DNA of 64,000 nucleotides from the human T2T-CHM13v2.0 reference genome, Homo sapiens: NCBI RefSeq assembly GCF_009914755.1, contig NC_060929.1, one strand, 5' to 3'. The notes below the pieces were generated by a model that saw only the letters and a list, made by a program, of their open reading frames with translations, searched no databases and was not told the origin of the DNA. The first letter of the stretch is position 1; each line of letters begins with the position of its first letter. The translations under genes and the position numbers were made by a program. This document shows, one piece after another, positions 58,791 through 64,000 of this stretch.

Positions 58791-60149
58791 TGCTATACCA
58801 CTCTCAGAAAGTCAGTTTCTTTGGTTGGTTTTGTCCTTACTGAATGAACATCAGGTTTTTTTTTCTGATAATAAAAGTGATACTTGCTCATTTTAGAAAA
58901 TTTGGAAAACTGAAAAAATTCTGAAGAAGGAAAAAAATGGCCTGAAAACCACTATACCCAGAGATAATCGCTGGCACACAACAGGTGCTCAATATTTACA
59001 GAATAGGTGAAGGAACCTGATGGGTGGAGTGTATTTGGGTTGACCCCCTCTCCTCCCCACAGCTGGGCATTTAGGTTGTTTGTAGGTTTTAGAGTGGTAA
59101 ATTCTTTCCTTTTTCTTTTGTAGCCACATTAGAAGATAAAAATGGTCAATTCTTTTTTTTTAGGTAATTTTTTATTTTTATGGATTTAGGGGTACAAGGG
59201 CAGTTGTGTTACATGGATATATTGTGTAATGGTGAAATCTGGGCTTTTAGTGCTCTCCTTACCTGAGTAGTGTACATTGTTAAGAAGTGGTCCATTCTTT
59301 ACTTCTGGAGTTCACTGTGTCAAGCAAGAGAGAAGAAGGGAAATAGAGTGAATTAGAGTCAGGCAAGCCACCCTGAGGTTCGGAACCTCAAACATTAAGT
59401 CTTTCCCAGGCAGAGAAGCATTTTCCAGAGCCTCCAGCTTCTTCCTACCTAGAGCACTGATTCACCCCAGAGGACACGCTGGGTCAGGAAAGAGATTGCA
59501 AACATTTTCCTTCTGGAGAATAGATTTACACAGGAAGGAAAGCTCCTGTGATAAAGTTTACATCCATCTTTCAGCCTTGCCGCTCACGTTACACAGCATC
59601 ATGTTGACTTCAAACACTCCTAGACGGCAAGTGCGGGCACTGCCGTCTGCTACTCTCTGGAACAAATGTGGTTGTATGATCCCGGGACCTATAAGGAATG
59701 TGGCAGATAAATGCAACAACCGAACCCAAATTATTTACCATTTTCTAAACCAAAAACCTGGAAAGGGGACAGCAGAGATAATGTTGAGCAGATCATGTTA
59801 ATGATCCAGAATTTTATCAACCCTGCAACTACAAACACTTCCAATTCCATCTGGCTTGAAAGACGCCACTCACAAAGTTAATATTTTTTCTTGTGCATAT
59901 TTTAGTACATTTGGAATTGCTTTCTTCCCCCATTTTGTAGCAGTGACATAACTGGTAAAATAGGTGTGAGGCAGGGTTTGAGGTGGATCCCCCTGATTAA
60001 TCAGAAGTACTTCCCTCCTTTCTTTAGGGAAGTGGGCCTAGATAAGCAGAGATGAGATTATTTGGTTCTGGTAGGGATGGCCTGGGAGAAGGACCCTTAC
60101 TTTTCCCCACAGGGTACAGAAGCCAGGGGTTGAGGGACCAATGCCCTGC

Positions 60150-60655
60150 AGTGGGCATCTACTGTATCTGTCTGCCCAGCACCCATTCCCTTTCATCTGG
60201 GATCAACATCTAGTTTTCTTTTGAGAAACCATCACTCCCCAACTCAGTCCACATGGGGACAGAGCTGACACAACCCCTGATGCCAGGGTTGAAGAGGTGA
60301 CCTGGATGGTCAGGGTCAGAGTGATTGGCTCACATAACCAAACTAGGCAACTGAGCATCAGTCCTGGGTTGTCTCATGAATTCCGAGGAAAACAGCATTC
60401 TCTTTCTCTAGGGTCACCAAGCTGCCAGGAAGGGATCCTGGAGCTACGGTGATACCATCTTTAAGGGAGCCTGTCTAAGAGGAGAGCCGAGCTGAGAGGC
60501 AGAGAGATAGCATCCTATTCACATAATTTGAGCCTCTGGATCCAGCCATGCCTGAAACCCATCAAATCTCTGGTCTTCCTATTTAGGTCAGCCAAAAACT
60601 AATTTCTTTTACTTGGGTTTCTGTCACTTACAACCCAATGGGTCCTTAGTACTAT
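60150..60655 (+). mobile_element. Old MLT1-family LTR (MLT1K/L-like)
   Basis: tttgagcctctggatccagccatgcctgaaac...ttgggtttctgtcacttacaacc. Confidence 0.6.
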
Positions 60656-61277
60656 AACCCCTGTGTGCCTTATTGGAAGAGGGAGAGATTAAGAGAGATG
60701 AAACTGGCAGGCCAGCCATCCCCCCAGTTAGGCTTCCAGAGAGGAGACCTCCACATCAGTATGGTCAAAAGTATAAACATGTCTGTCCGGAGCTCTTCCT
60801 GCAGTGGGCCCAGGCATTGGCCTTTGTGGCTTACTTTTACCACCATCATTTTGATAGACTGTGAACTGGTATAAATATTGCTCAAAATCCAGAGCTGGAA
60901 TAAAAATTGCCCCCAAATCTGGAATTTGGCCCTTCTTTTTAATTTTTATGTATTTATTTTTGAGACAGGATCTTGCTCTGTCACCCACAGTGGTGCCATC
61001 ATGGCTCACTGCAGCCTCAACCTTCTAGGTTCAAGCGATCCTCCCACCTCAGTCTACTGAGTAGCTGGAACTACAGGTGCATGCCACCACCATACCTGGC
61101 TAATTTTTAAATTTTTTGTAGAGACAGAGTCCCACTATGTTGCCTAGGCTGGTCTCCAACTCCTGGGCTCAAAGGATCCTCCAGCCTCGGCCTCCCAAAG
61201 TGTTGAGATTATAAGTGTGAGCCACTGTGCCTGGCTGGATTCGGCCCTCCTTGACATCAAGCCTGTTCCTCAGCTTA

Positions 61278-61816
<539 letters not shown>

Positions 61817-62226
61817 CTAGGGCTCCCCAAAAGAAACTCAGCCTCTTCATGTCTCCTTCATCTTTCTCTCTTCTGGGGGTCATGTCCAAGGCTCCCATTT
61901 GTACATTTGGCCTCTGCCTACCTTGGGCCTCCCTGTGCCTTGCTTGGGTCATTCTGGCAGCTTCTGACTGGGCCCAATGCAGCCGGACTTTCCTCATTCA
62001 AGTTGGTGCCCTGCGTCAGCCCCTCTCTTTCAGAGGCACATGCCATGGCCTCCTTGAGAATTCTCCAGTGGCCTCCCTGCCCGAGGCGAGGGCACAACAC
62101 AGATGTCCTCAGGCCAAGCAGAGACATGGGCCCAGTGACATCACATTTTCAGATTTTTCTAGAAAAGCCAGATACTTGAATTTTGGGGGGTAATTCACTT
62201 GATTTTTATGTGTTAGCCATTAATTA

Positions 62227-62666
<440 letters not shown>

Positions 62667-62759
62667 TCACTCGGGAGACTAATTTGGCAATATCTAGTAA
62701 GGCTGAATTTGTGTCTGCTCCATACCTTGGTCTTTCCACACCGAGGTAGGTACCTGAGA

Positions 62760-63150
62760 GCAGGCGTATTCAAAATTTGGTCTCAGTAATCCTTTATTCC
62801 CTTAAAAATTACTGAGGACTCCAAAAGAGTTTTTGTTTATTGGATATTAATATTTACCCTATTAGAAATTAAAACTGAGAAATATTAAAAGTATTTATTT
62901 ACTAATTAAACAACAGTGCTAAATCAATCACAATGTAACATAACATCTTTTTAGTAAAAAATAACCATGCTTTTTCAAAATGAAAAAATTAATGAGAAGA
63001 AGGCACTGTTTTGCATTTTTGGAAATCTCCTTAGTATCTTATTCAGTAGAAGTCACTGGAGTCTCATTAATGCATCTGCAGCTGTATTGGTTAAAATACG
63101 CAAATACGCAAAAGCATATCTGGCTTTATTCACACAGATATGTAGTTAGA
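62760..63150. mobile_element. Charlie1-like hAT fragment interrupted by L1PB
   Basis: ttggtctcag...cttaaaaattactgaggactccaaaagag...ttagaaattaaaactgaga. Confidence 0.65.
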
Positions 63151-63163
63151 AAGGGAGATTCTC

Positions 63164-63968
63164 TCAAACAAATCAGCAAGAAAACAACCAACAATCCCAT
63201 CAAAGAGTGGGCTAAGGACATGAATAGACAGTTCTCAAAAGAAGATATACAAATGGCCAACAAACGTATGGAAAAATGCTCAACATCGCAAACCAAAACC
63301 ACAATGAGATACCAACTTACTCCTGCAAGAATGGCCATAATAAAAAAATTAAAAAATAATAGATGTTGGTGTGGACGTGGTGAAAAGGGAACACTTTTAC
63401 ACTGTTGGTGGGAGTGTAAACTCGTACAACCACTATGGAAAACCGTGGAGATTCCTTAAAGAATTAAAAGTGGATCTACTGTTTGATCCAGCAATCCCAC
63501 TACTAGGTATCTACCCAGAGGAAAAGAAGTCATTATACAAAAAAGATACCTGCACACGGATGTTTATAGCAGCACAATTCGCAATTGCAAAAATGTGGAA
63601 CCAACCCAAATGCCCATCAATCAACGAGTGGATAAAGAAAATGGTATATATACCGTGGACTATAACTCAGCCGAAAAAAGAATGAAATAATGGCATTCAC
63701 AGCAACCTGGATGGAATCAGAGACTATTATTCTAAGTGAAGTAACTCAGGAATGGAAAATCAAACATCGTGTGTTCTCACTCATAAGTGGGAGCTAAGCT
63801 GTGAGGACGCAAAGGCATAAGAATGATACATTGGACTTTGGGGGGTTGGGGGAAAGGGTGAAGTGGGGTGAGGGATAAAAGACTACAAATTGGGTGCAGC
63901 GTACACTGCTCGGGTGATAGGTGCACCAAAATCTCAGAAATAAAAAAAATAAATAAAAGAAAAAAACA
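63164..63968 (+). mobile_element. 5'-truncated L1PB-like element
   Basis: ORF2-like peptides [25 protein letters not shown] and DPAIPLLGIYPEEK; A-rich tail; TSD aaagggag(a/g)ttctc at 63150-63163 and 63969-63982. Confidence 0.88.
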
Positions 63969-64000
63969 AAAGGGAGGTTCTCACAGGCCCCTGAAAGGGT

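Noticed and set aside
59688-59697. CArG-like cctataagg
   Set aside because: Only five A/T bases between CC and GG, so not a canonical SRF CC(A/T)6GG box.

Overview
Alu-dense primate DNA, almost certainly human chr5q35.1. It holds the 3' end of CREBRF (+ strand: last two coding exons and a ~5.5 kb Alu-free 3' UTR), the complete BNIP1/SEC20 gene (+ strand, CpG-island promoter, 6 core coding exons giving 228 aa, an optional 129-nt exon, and a 102-nt core exon that can be skipped), and ~21 kb of repeat-rich intergenic DNA. Nearly all supplied ORFs are Alu, L1 or microsatellite artefacts. The main hidden features are: (1) a decayed antisense retrocopy of a Myb/SANT-like (MSANTD5-like) gene in BNIP1 intron 2, with poly(A) signal, decayed tail and candidate TSDs, just downstream of a co-oriented THE1 LTR carrying a DUX4-type motif; (2) a young truncated L1PA with an apparent 3' transduction; (3) a GATA/TEAD/T-box motif cluster that may be a distal enhancer. 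I found no convincing new multi-gene system. Gene and repeat names come from recognition by eye, not database searches, and repeat boundaries are approximate unless a TSD is given.
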